A DNA stretch of 64,000 nt from Balanoglossus misakiensis (taxonomy: Eukaryota; Animalia; Hemichordata): the NCBI GenBank assembly GCA_040954595.2, contig CM082595.2, forward strand, positions 891,690 to 955,689. Reading direction: 5' to 3'. Under the pieces are notes generated by a model. The model saw only the letters and a list, made by a program, of their open reading frames with translations, did not search any database and was not told the DNA's origin. Both the position numbers and the translations under genes were made by a program. Of the stretch, positions 1 to 12,800 are shown one piece after another; position 1 is the stretch's first letter, and every line of letters begins with the position of its first letter.

Positions 1-620
1 TTTCGAAATAAACAAATTACATCAATTGAATCATTATCTCCTGATTAAAAAGATCAAATTTCATGGACCTAATCCTGCAGAGAAACATAAATTGCAGCAA
101 TCGGAGATTAGTCTCCATTTTTCTCTTTTTATATTCTTAATAATCAGCATTATCTCGATTTCTGATTTCCTTCCCTATATCATATTTCAGTTTTTTTCAT
201 ATCAAATTCCCTACTTCTGATAAAAGACTCAATTAATTCTAATGACATAATTATTATTTTTCAATGCTAAATATCACTGCAATTTTAAAATGTTATCATG
301 ATAAATGACATTCTATTCTTAGCAAAAACTTCTAAAAACTTTATCATGTGAGGCGTTTTTTGAGTTGATGCAAGAAGAAAAAAAAGAAGTGGGTTTGGCT
401 GCTTTTGTATTTGCTCGAGTTACACTTTCTTCTTATTCTTCTTGCGTCAACTCGAAAACCGCCATGCACAAACTTCTCAAAGTTCATAATTGTGATCAGC
501 TACCACAAGCAGTTAAGCACTTGAGTCACATTGACCGCTATTTCGAATCGTTTAAAAAAATTCCTGTCCATTTCTCATGAGCGAGAGGGATTTCTCAGAG
601 AAATGTTAAGTCGCCCCTAC

Positions 621-853
621 CTGGAATTCATACTCTGTGCCGGAAGATAAACCATGGATGATGATGCTCTGTGTGTTTCCCTCCACCGGCTCAGTCGTCA
701 AAAACTTGTGCTCTTCCAAATCACCACCAACTGGAAGAAAATGAATTTCATATTCCAGTACTTCTCCGTTTGGAAACTCCGGAGCCATCCACTTCAGTTC
801 CACGGAATTTCCCGTCTCCGTGGTGACTCTCACTGCTTGTACTTGTGATGGCA
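621..853 (-). CDS. Eph: Eph exon 6: most of fibronectin type III domain 2
   Basis: VPSQVQAV...LKWMAPEFPNGEVLEYEI...GLSSGTEYEFQ; acceptor ccttccag, donor CAG|gtaggg; 233 nt phase 1->0. Confidence 0.92.
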
Positions 854-3800
854 CTGGAAGGAGAATCATAAAAAGACTTTAATTTCAAAATTATACTTTT
901 TTCATTTCTACATTCGATCATTTGTGTACAAATGTTTATGTACAAATTTTTTGTGTGTGTCAAGACTTGTAAGTCTTGAAATACACAAATTCTTCAATAC
1001 AAAACAGAGGAAAGATTTGTGTGTCACGGTAGTGCATGCTAGAATATTTGCGTGATCATGAGAAGTCACACTAATTTGTCCGGAATGAATGTGGGTGGAT
1101 GGTGCTTTATCAAAGAACAACTGAACACAAATATTGACCCTGCAGGGGAAATCAAATGAAAACAGGACGAACACAGGTAACAATAGATCCAGAACATGAA
1201 CTTAATTGCTTTTATCATAACATTCTTCCTTTCATCTGCAAATTTGATCTTTTTTTTCTTTCTACACAGGGCTTTTTTACTTCCTCTGTATTGAAACGAC
1301 ATCCATGATGAATGAGTATGTAACATGAAATGAGCTTTAGCTTCTATTAAAATCATTATTTACTGACCAAAGTCCTCTATAAACACTGTGATAAATCAAT
1401 TATTTTACAGACATGAAACGGCAAAGTAGTGTTCTATTTCATGGGTATATGTATTCATGTCATCTTTGCCTTTTGTTTAACTCGACTGCCGAGATACATC
1501 CCCGTATCAATCTCGGGATTTCTGCTGTTCAAATGTGCGTCGAAGTTCGCTGGTCACAAGTTCAATTTTTTAAGTTTAGTGAAATTTGCCATTTTATGTC
1601 CGTTCTCATTCATTTATCGGCTTTCAAAACAACAGCCGACTCATCACATTGTGTTCTGAAGAAGCTCACAGTTAGGTGAAAGTATCATTCTTTTTTTTTT
1701 AAATCAATTATGGCGAGACTTAGACGATACATTAAAGGTTACCTCCTGTCTCTGTGTGATTATTACCAAACAATAAGAATGTCTTTAAATATGTCCAATC
1801 AACATTGGAATTGACATGCCAACCTTTACAGCATATTATTCTGTGCACACACACACAGGCCTACAACTTTTATGTCTGTCATTTAGTAGGTCCTACAAAA
1901 CAAAATAATCATGCTCTTAAAATGTTCGGATCGTAAAAATCACCAGAAGCCTGCGATCGCAAAAGATAATAAATGGAACTTTTTCAGAGTTTATTAAACT
2001 TTCATTTGAAGCTCTTCGCTTCTTGGTGCAATGAAATGTGAAGATCAAATTTTATAGAAAATTTACGGTGTAGGCATTTATAAACCTGTACCGAGGAAAG
2101 TAGTTTCTGTGGATTTCTCTTTATTCTAAGGACACTGATACAAGAAGACAAAAATCTTTGAATTTGGCTTAAAAATTTATAGACATTTCTTCATTTTACA
2201 ACAACCAAAAACAAGTGTTCTGTATACAATAGTGTGTATTCCTGTTGTTAGGGCAAAGACTATTCAAAATGGCCGCAACCTATATCATAGTGACATCCCT
2301 TCTCATCAGTTCTCTGTAATTTATCCACAGGGAGAAACAGAGTAACCATTATTCAAGTCAAAGCCATGAATTTTTTATGCATCTCAAATTATGACTCTCT
2401 TTCCCAGCCCTGGGTGCATTTAATTCCAAGTCAACTTGTAATTTTAACGGTTCAGGAGACCTGCTTAACATTATAACAATGCTCACTGTCAAAAACTCCA
2501 GCTCATTTGTAAAAAGCTGACTCAATCAATTTCCGATGAAGGACAAACGGCTCCTATTAGAAGCTTTCAAGAAATTCCTCTCACAAACAAAATGCAGTTT
2601 TCACACTTTAGTATCATTTCCCCATGACCCATGAACTTTGATTTCAATAAAAACAGGTCAAGGCAGATGGTATGGTACCAGTTAATATGTAGTCACTGAA
2701 AAAAGCTATCATGGAGAGAGCCCGGACATCTCTCAATCACAAAATGGGTCTCTCTCTCTCTCTCTCTTTCTCACAGAAAGAGCATGTTTCTTTAAAGTTC
2801 CAGTAGAATTGGCCAGTGTTCATTTTACTCTGTGCAATCATGAAGTCATTGAAAAACCATGACTTTGCAGCGATACAGCAGCCATCTTTATTGGGTGTGT
2901 ACCCAAAAATGGCTGCCACTGCCACTGCTGCAACAGTGACAGATTTAAAACTGCCTCCCACTGGTGTTGAGTGTCGGACTTGAGCAAATATGCATAATTT
3001 TGTCTCGAGAATTTCCGCATGATTACCGCGCACAACTAGGCACGACTTCTCTAATACATAACTGTAGCTGGAGGACATTGAACAAATATTCCAATTGTCG
3101 TTTCATGTTGTTTTTCCCCTCTCGGTCCTGTCAGAACACACTGCAACATTCCTGTCCACTGAAACATCAATTCTATTCACTTCACAGCTGAGTGAAAGGT
3201 CATCCAGTCCAAAAAGTTAATTAGACGCTGTCGGAATCACCCGCGAGTTCTTACATCAAAATCACAGAAAAAGCTTAGACATATTTTATTATGTAATATC
3301 TTTCTATCCTTCAGGTGTACACCTTTCACAAATGTTTTTGTTATCTATTGTCTCTTTGTGACTATTGTTCCCAAACCTGGATAGAGTTACTGATTTGGAT
3401 CAAACTGTTTTGTGGAAAATTTCTTGACCATAAGAAAATTCCTTGTATGCTCTGAATTAGTAGCTAATTCCTTCACCGGGGCGATTGTACACACTTCATG
3501 TGTGGCTAACATTGGTTCAGTCAAGTGTATGACTTAACTCACGACATGTTTAAGCTTGTAGTGATTCACTCAATCTCTTTCCTGGACTTGTCCATTTTCC
3601 CTCCCCAAATTCTGCATCCTCAGATTTTTCAATTCCCCAAACTCCTCGTTCAACAATTCCTCTGTCAATCAGGATCCACGGAAACAAATCACAATGCTCA
3701 GCACTCTCTCCTGCGGTATCTGCTCAAGACATGGAAATCCACCTATTTGCCGTATTAAACCCGGAATAACGATTACAAATTAAACCGTTGAATCTTCATT

Positions 3801-6800
3801 GATTGGCGGATCATCTCCACAGCTGCAGCCAACAGTAGGAAGCATGTGTGGTTGAGAATTGCTGAAAAGATGTCCATGATGACAGAATGCACAAACACAG
3901 AATACATCAGACAGATTAGATTTCACAACACTGCCGGAATAGAGCACCCTTCCAGAATCGAAATAACACTAGTGTTAATTAAGGGACCACTTTTATTACA
4001 GAAAACTTCAATTCATATTTTACGGTTGGTGAGTGTATTTCAATTTTGTCAGATTAAGCAAACTCTGCATGTAGGAGATATAGTTTATTAATACGCCTGT
4101 CACAGTTTTGGTCAGATTATTGACACAATTCATGACTAGTGCTTGTGATGTATAGATCGAACAGCAGATATATTGCGGAGATTTCCCACGCATAGCTGGG
4201 TGGACGCTGTGTAAAGCTTTTGAATGCCCAGTAGCAATATCAACATGTAGGAGGCAAATTTGTGGCAAGTTCCACCCAAATACTGGAAGCAGTTGATGTA
4301 CAATGAGGCTAATGAAGCAAGGGTTATGATGGGACTACTTTAGATCTAAACTATGCAAGACTTCAACTTTTTAAAGTTAATTTTCTGGTGAATTTGAAGT
4401 TATTAGGGCACTGCTAAAACTCTACAATTTCAAGATGATAATCAAACAAAATTCTGTCATCTCCAGCCTGTGCCACTCTTTAAATACTTTCCTGGAAAGG
4501 GGCTTCTGTTACCGGTATCATGGATTTGATGTGTCATTTCACATGAGTGGAAAACAGAGAATTCCAGATGAATAATAAGCAGAGATGACAGAAAGATTAA
4601 AAGTTGAAACAGTGAAGAATCCAAAATGCCAAGCGCATCAAAAAAGTCAGACATGAACATATTTCAGGGGCAAGAAGAGAGCAAGACATCCTGATAAAAA
4701 TTCACAGAAGCTGTCTTTGAAACAAAACATGTTTAATCACATTACCAGCGCAGAGAATGTCAGTGCAAGGATGTCAAATATCTGGTTAATTTCAAACATG
4801 ACATACATGTTTTTTTACGAGAGGAATTTTCGCCTGCATGGTGTATGGCTCCCAGATAAAAGCTTAGTCGTCAGTTACCTGTAGGCTAAGCGTTACAACG
4901 TCTGGCTGATTTTAGTCTAGGGATTGAAAGGGGACAAAAAAGCCCACTGGCAGGGATTGCATGTCGGAGTTCCACCGACAGATCTCCCTGTAGACAGCAG
5001 CTTATACCAACAACATCAAACAAAGGAATTAAGGTGACTCTTTCTGTGCACAAGACAAAGCTTCAATCGTTTTTCCATGATGCTCTGAAAATCACATTTT
5101 GACTTTCCACTGTTCTCTCTCTGCTCCGATTGGCATGCCAAGAAATCCGACACCAGGAAGCATTCTATCACCCTCAAGGATTTTAATCTCTTCATAAATC
5201 TCTTGAAGTCATACGACCTAGAAGACAATGCGACCAGCTAATCCCTGTCTAGTGCTGAACCCCAAACCAACTGATTGTGATTCTGAAGGAATTTTAGTAT
5301 CATGTCGATTTGCTTGTCAGTTAAGATATTGTCTTCTTATACATGTACCTGCCTAGTTATATTGCATTAGTTCCTTCATATATCTTATTAAAGAATTTAT
5401 GCCTCTGTTATAAATGTATTAAAACTATTATTATCTGTTGTTATCTTTAGAAAATGGTCAGGCATTTAGTGAAATGTTTTTTCTCTTGGCAGTTTAGTCA
5501 CCAGACAATCTCAAGCCTGAGACTCTGACACAAAACAGCCGAAATGATAATCCCTCAGTCGTACCCTTTACCCACTCTTTGAGGGCAGACATACGAACAA
5601 GGCAACGTTTCTCTGCGAAGCAAAAACACCAGCAGGGTGATTTGAGGGCATTTTGGAGAGTTTTAATAAAACACAATACATTTCTCAAGTGCCGGTAAAG
5701 AGGCTTTGGGGGCATGAAACAAAACAACACATCTTGCCTCCAGACCACCATAATTCCCATTTCAACTGGTATGCATTTGCTGCCAGCAACTCTTTTGTAT
5801 TTCGACTAGATTTGATCATATTTCCCGACAGTTTCAACAAATGTCCTTGTCCCAACAAATCCAATTATTTCAATATCAACTGGCAGAAATAAAAGTATCC
5901 AAGAGGTCCCCAGCCCACTGCTAAATACACATTAGGTTGTGTTTCCATAAGTGGGATTACGAATTGAAAAAACAAACGCATTTGGTCGGGGCTTTGGCGC
6001 GATTAACTTTTTCTGTTCTGCTTAGAATTTCAGCACAAATGTTGAGGGATTAGGGTAAAGTGAACTCTGGGATCTGTTCCGAAGCAGCTCGGTTTAAATT
6101 GCTCGCCAGTGATGGTGTCCCCAGCAACTGCATCAACCCTGTATCTGTGATACCACGACGACCATTACCCCAGCAACAAGCTAATGGCGGTATTATGTTA
6201 AAACACAACCATCAGGGTTGCAAAACATTTCATCTTGGTGGTCTCTGGTGTGATGGTATTTTCAAATGTGACTTTATATTTCTAAAAACTTTCCTTTGGT
6301 CTAAATCTCACTTTAACTGTTTACAACGATGTGGGTTGGACCCACTTACTGGGAAATTGGGGTCGAGGGTTAGAGATCACAAGTTCTTAACCTATGGCCA
6401 TTATAATTTCGTCACCTCTACTTCGGGAACATACCAAGAGCTTTAATATCTCACACATGTTTGTTGGCATCTCATAGCAACAAAAACCCCTCGAATCATG
6501 CAGAGGGTCCAGGCTAGTGTAATTGCAAATGGGTGAACAGGTTTATTTTATTATCAGAGTAGGGGTGATCAACTTACCAGCTGAAGATGTGGTGGCGTTG
6601 ACCACAGCATAATGGTCGATCTCAATCATTGACGACACCCCATTACGGGCGAACACTTTGAATTTATACTCTGTATACGATTGCAGTCTGCTGATATTGA
6701 CCGAAGGTGACATCAGACCATACTGACTTGGCGTGTACTGAACAGTGTAGGAGCAAGGCTCCAGCACGTTGTTTGTGACCTTCTCGCAAACCACGTTATA

Positions 6801-9800
6801 GGTGACATCGTTTCGTCCACCATCATACGCAGGTCTAGTCCAGTAGAGTGTAACAACTGATGACTCACTGACAGTTGCTCTCAAATTAATCGGCTCAGAT
6901 GGTGGCTCTGAAATGATAGAAATAAAAGAAGAAAATCGTGAGGAAAATTCAAACGATACATCATGTACTTTACTTTAATAAACAAATACAGAAAACTGCT
7001 ATGAAATCAGACTGTGTCGACTGTATAGGCAAGGTGCTTGGTGATAATAAACACCAACCAAGCATGCACTGTGGACTAAAGCACTTCAGACCACCTTTAC
7101 TTGACAACTCACTGGCATTTATCACCTATACGAAGTTAAATTTCAGATCGGTCGTTTTCCCCCACTGACAAGAACGGATTAAACCCTATAAAACTTGGAT
7201 TTATTTCTACTCCGAGAATGCATTCATTGTCTTGGTTTCATGTGAACATTCCTAAGTCACTGTGTTTGACAAGCGACATGTCATCCCAAATAAACAAAAC
7301 TGGAATCAAGGGTCAGAAGAGTGGTCATCATTTGGATTAAATGGAGATTAAGTTAGCTACACTTGAGATGACAGATGATGGACCAATTTTTACAAGTTTA
7401 TGTTATGTCTAACTGACCATACCAAATCTTCCAATGAAAATCTAATGTTTGTCCATAGGGGTCTCAAACTATATCCATGCTGTTCAAGTATTTTGATGGA
7501 TCGAGATACTTGAGCAGTCTGAACAGTAACCGTTTTCACGACGCAATCTCTGTCAGTCTGAGTAGCGATCGTAAACTGAAGAGACATAAATACCTGAGTT
7601 TAATACTTTTGGCCTTAGTTTTCCCAATTGAGTTTTTTTTCTCCCTGAAATGACTTTCTCTTTTAATGATCACATACAAGGCCAAGACTAATCAGAAACT
7701 GAATGATTACATCAGTGTTGCACTTTTGCACGTTTTCAAAAACAGCAAAGGAAATCAAAAGAAGTTTTCCTTCAAATTTATCCGGATGACTGTTATCTCT
7801 TCATCGGAAATTCATTCAATGTCTTTGCTGAAAATGTTCTAAGTGAATTATTACACCACTCATGTTGTTCTGTGTTACCTGCTGATGTCAGCTTCAACTA
7901 TTAGTATACATTTATATACAGTATTTCTGCATGTTGGTATATTATTGGTACATACAACTTAGTTGGTACTGTATCACAACTTACGGGTACAAGGACTTGA
8001 GATTGGGTCTACGCCTGCTCTGAAGTAATCATCCTCACAATGACACATGGTTGAAGATTGTTCTGTAGCATAGCTGTGATGTGGGCATGGCTCACAAATT
8101 TGGTTGCTCAGCGACAGTTTGTAGTGACCGGCTGGACAAGCTGGAAATAAACAGAAATGAAAATTAATCGACTGAAGAATATATTTTTAAACATGTGATC
8201 TAGCAATATTAGCATGAAAAATTTGCTACATATCAGTGGTCATGAATGAAAAATATCTCATTGAAAGGTTTATTTTACATCATTAAATGGACAAAAGAAT
8301 CTAGCCAGATAGGGTATAAGAAGAAAATCAAAACCAGAGCTTCCAAATCCATTATTTCAGCTTCAAATCTGGGGGTGTTAGACGTAAAATCTCACAACGC
8401 TACTAACATTGACAAATGAGAGTTTCAGGCCAACAGACTCCAGGGAGGTAGCAAAGCCCCTTTCTGTCAACAGAATTTTTAACATCTCTTTCAATTCTCC
8501 TATATATGCCCACATTGCAAGTGGAAGTCAATTTCCCTCCGGTCATAGAACACACAGGGTTTGCTCGCTGCCAACTTGACACATTTTTTTTTCTGTTTAT
8601 GCCGACTAGAATTGAACACAGATTTCTCTTGCTGTCAGAATTTTCTTTGATCAAAAAAGATCCATTTTAATAATTCAGAAGTATAGTTTAAAGGGCCACT
8701 ATCGAAGAAAAGTAGTCAAAAGTTGCAGATAGTGGAGCTTTAATGCACTAATTCTTTTTAATTACAACATTTCTAGGACGTTCTGAGCTTGCTGAAAACG
8801 TACAGGAACTCTCTTATCAGCAGAATTCATCATGATTGGAGAATATGTAATGACAAAATACCAAAGCAAAACTGCCTCGACGGCCATGCTGATTTAATTA
8901 TTCGAAGCCCTCAGGATTTAGAGAATGTCACGTGTGTGTGAAATCTGAATGCGTTTTAATCAGTTCTTACAGAAAGCGCCTCTTGGAAATGCCCGTAACC
9001 TTGGCAATACCACAGAGCTGTAATTTCCCATTAAAAGACAAGGATATTTGTACCCTTGACTTTCACATGCATCTTGGTGTCAATGCCCAAGAAGATGTTC
9101 TGCTTGGGTCATGGGAAATACATTGTGCTACACTGAACTTGGTCTTTTTTGTCAACATCGATACGTGCCACACACAAGCTCAACAATCACAATCTCATTA
9201 CTTGTACGGGATTATCAATTATCTCAAAGAGTTTTCTGGTTAAAAATCTGTTTCAACGAATCCATTCAGTGTTCATTGAGAGAAAATTAGCAGAAAATTG
9301 ATCAAATTAGTATTGTGTGTTAGCAGGTGAAATAGTTCGTCTGTTGCCTCAAGTAGCGCGAATGTGGAGGACAAAAAATGATGAAATTTGCAGGCTTGGG
9401 AGAAAATACTACAGCAATGCATACAAAGAATGTGATCTCTCGGTCTTTTCAATAGAAGGCTCTCCCAGCATGCCTCAAATCCCATGTGACGTTGTACACC
9501 AGAAAGATTACAAAGTGATCATATTTCAATCTGCCTGTATAATGCAAGTATAATGGCATTGAATAGAGAACCAAGCGTGACCACACTTCGCTTTGTCATA
9601 TTTGCATTATAATATACTATTACTTGAATTCTATATGATGTTGTTAATCAAACAGATATTGTACTGGGTATGTTTCACTGTTTCCTCAGAAATCGTTTCA
9701 CTCATCTGAGGTAAAATTCTCGTGATCGATACACCATCGCGTGTGAATACAACTTTGAGTATGTTTAGGCATTAACTATTCAGGTGTAGAAAAATGAAAT

Positions 9801-12800
9801 CCGAAACCAGTTTCACTCCAACGACAAACGTGATTTGGTTTCTGATTGAAAATATTACGCCGGGCAACTTAAACTCGAATGATATACAGTTCAATCAAGC
9901 TGCCATCTGTCTGGAATTTGTTGTCATTTTATTGCACTCAGAAAGAAAATTACATCATGAGAAACTCCCGGTCAACCAGTTCGAGTACAAATGAGTTTGG
10001 GCAGCAAATCAGTGTCATAAAATGAAACATATTTCAATTTGAAGATGGAAATCTGCTACGTGACCAAATACACATCTTCTGTTCCAAGGCTGATAATGAT
10101 TTCGTATAATGGCTTTTATTGTTTTCCTGAATTGATCTGGATGTATCCATCAATTCACTGATTATATCATCTTTTGTCTAAAGACATATTTCAGATTACA
10201 CTTATTGATTAGAAATACAACTCTTTTATCACTCAGACCTAGCATCCATTTTGCTTCATTGTCCGTTTCCCGATATTGTCAATGTCATCATATTGTCCAC
10301 ACTCCTTCATTCTCATCACTCCATAGGTAAACATGTATCAATTATCAGAAACCATTGTGTCGGGTCATTTCAGCCACAAAAATTCCATAATAATTATGAA
10401 TGATTACTAGATTACTACTGGAGTTTATAGATTGAGATGGAGATTATGCGTTGAACAATATGGCAAATCAATGTGCCTCGCAACTTTCCATGAAATTGGA
10501 TTGGATATCTACATATAAACTGAATATCCATACGACATTGTAAAGGAAGTATACATGTACTTCTTATTGTACAGTTTCAATATGTGCTAAATATTTAACC
10601 TGGTTTCACCTGAATAGACAGACATTTGAATATCAGTGATGTCATATGCCAATACATTCTCCTTTTGACCCTCGTAGATAAAGGACATGTCAGTCAGGAA
10701 AATTGTTTTTTTTTTAGCTATTCTATCCCGTTCCACGTAAAATATCTCAATTACAGTTGCATCATCCGTTCTGCATTATTACAAATGTAATAGCACAGAA
10801 TATTTATCATGGTCCGAGAAGTAGCAAACAGCAAAGTACAAGCTAAATCATGTACAAACCCATATATTTAACCTAGACTAATACTTCTAAGTATTTTTCT
10901 CAAAATACGTCAAAAATGAGGTTCTGTCTGTAGACACAGGTGCGCATTCTTGTCAAAAGAATTTCTCAGTAAGAAGATTTGTTGAAATGATGATTATATA
11001 AGAGTTAAAAATGCCGTGTTTAATGGCTTTTCTCCCACACATATCAAAATTTATACGTTTTGTAATATTTATGAAGTAAAAGAGTTCTTGGTAGTTCAGC
11101 TGGAACCGTTTGCCTCGCGCGTAGTCTGTGTGCAATGGCTATTTCAGGCGATTTCTGAAAAACGAGTTCTGGGGAGTTGTTGCGATTCTTTCTCTAACTT
11201 GTCAGTATGTTTCTGAAGGCAGGATTCCACAATGTGAAATAAGTATGTGCTGAAAGGGACAACTTGACTTCAATTCTCTTTGAGAACCGGGACTCCGAGA
11301 CTTGACAAGACAAGACTCGGTGTATAACAGTGATAAGGTGGTGAAATTCCGCTGGTCGTATAGACTCCTTGTACTCCTCGCCACTTCACAAACCAACAAC
11401 AGGTGAAAAACAGCAACAGACATCATTCAACACACAGCATTCCGTGCGTAGCTTCTCTTCTCTCAGTATTGCCATCACTGTTGACACACCAATCAATTCT
11501 GCCAACCATCAGCAAACGACAAACACCAATCCAATTTAAACCGAAAAACACTTGACAAATTTGCTATTTGCAATTCATCTTACTCTGATGGCCGATGACA
11601 AAATAATGTCTTTTTCTAATGTGTTTTCCAGAAAGAGCAAGACCTCTATTGATGTAACATCTTATAAGTCTGGACACACTTTGGCTCAGAGTGTGAATTT
11701 TCTATTTAGCCCAAACTCTTGTGTGTAAATTGCTTCTTGAGAGAACACACACAACAAACAGAAAAGTTCTATTGTCTTACAGGCTGTCACTGGATGACCA
11801 ATTGATGTGTTTTCTATTCTTTCATTTCCAAATCAATGAAAGTCTTTGAAGTCCACATAAAAACATCACCACCAATGTCTATTTGCACACCTTCTTAAGG
11901 TTAGCAACCTATTTAACAGCCTTTCTTTTCTTTTGCACTTTTTTTGCTCCAAGATTTCTTGTTATCACCGGGGTGTGAAGTTTGTTTGAGACCACTAAGA
12001 CCAACTCAAAATACTGCTTCTGAAGGAGCAATGTCTGAGCCACTAACTGGTTCTCCCACTCACTTTCGTCACCGTTTCAGACAAAGTTCTCCAAACCACC
12101 CTGGCGGCATTTCCTAACAAGAGCACCCCCTGCAGGTATTGTACAGCGGTCTCCTGTTCTCACTTGTCCAGGTTTCGCCCAAGTGTTTGCTTCTTTCGTT
12201 GGAAATGACTTTCAAGAGCATCCCTTTTGTTGTCACACCTGTTCTTATTGTTACCCCCACTTCCACAGACTTTCTCCGTTCCCAGTCAACTCTACAAATC
12301 CCATCTGTCAACGCTCTCACAAAAGTCAAACTTTTCTCCGTCCTAACATTTTCCAATTTGATTACTCTCTTTTCCTCTATGTCCACCAAGTCCTGGAAAG
12401 TCTTCACTTTGAACTGACCTCACACCACTTCAACTGTATCTACCTTCCAAATCACAAACAAAATAATGAAATTGTGACATTCCCTGTGAAATGATTGAAT
12501 ATCATATACCAGATAGCAACAACTGATATTATCGTTACCATGGAATTTGTACACCATTTATTGAAAGAGCTCATTTATCCAAGAGATTTATTTCATCATT
12601 TGTCAGATTTTCATATAATCTTCAGATCATTCTGACGCTGCGTATCTACGTTTGAAAATCCATTTTCCGATGGCTCTAATGTCTATCTTTCCTATTACGC
12701 TTCCATTTTCCCAAGCTCTTGCCTCTTCCATCACTGTCCAATCGGCCGTCCATAATCATACCGGATTCCCCATTCTCATTTTCGTTCATTATCGCAGTTT

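Noticed and set aside
2040-2140. Weak inverted similarity to 32003-32100 (ATCCACAGAAA.TACTTTC)
   Set aside because: Too short and diverged to define an element without an alignment tool.
12114-12494. Three overlapping ORFs in a pyrimidine-skewed stretch
   Set aside because: No recognisable homology or convincing splice sites; strand skew lowers stop frequency.
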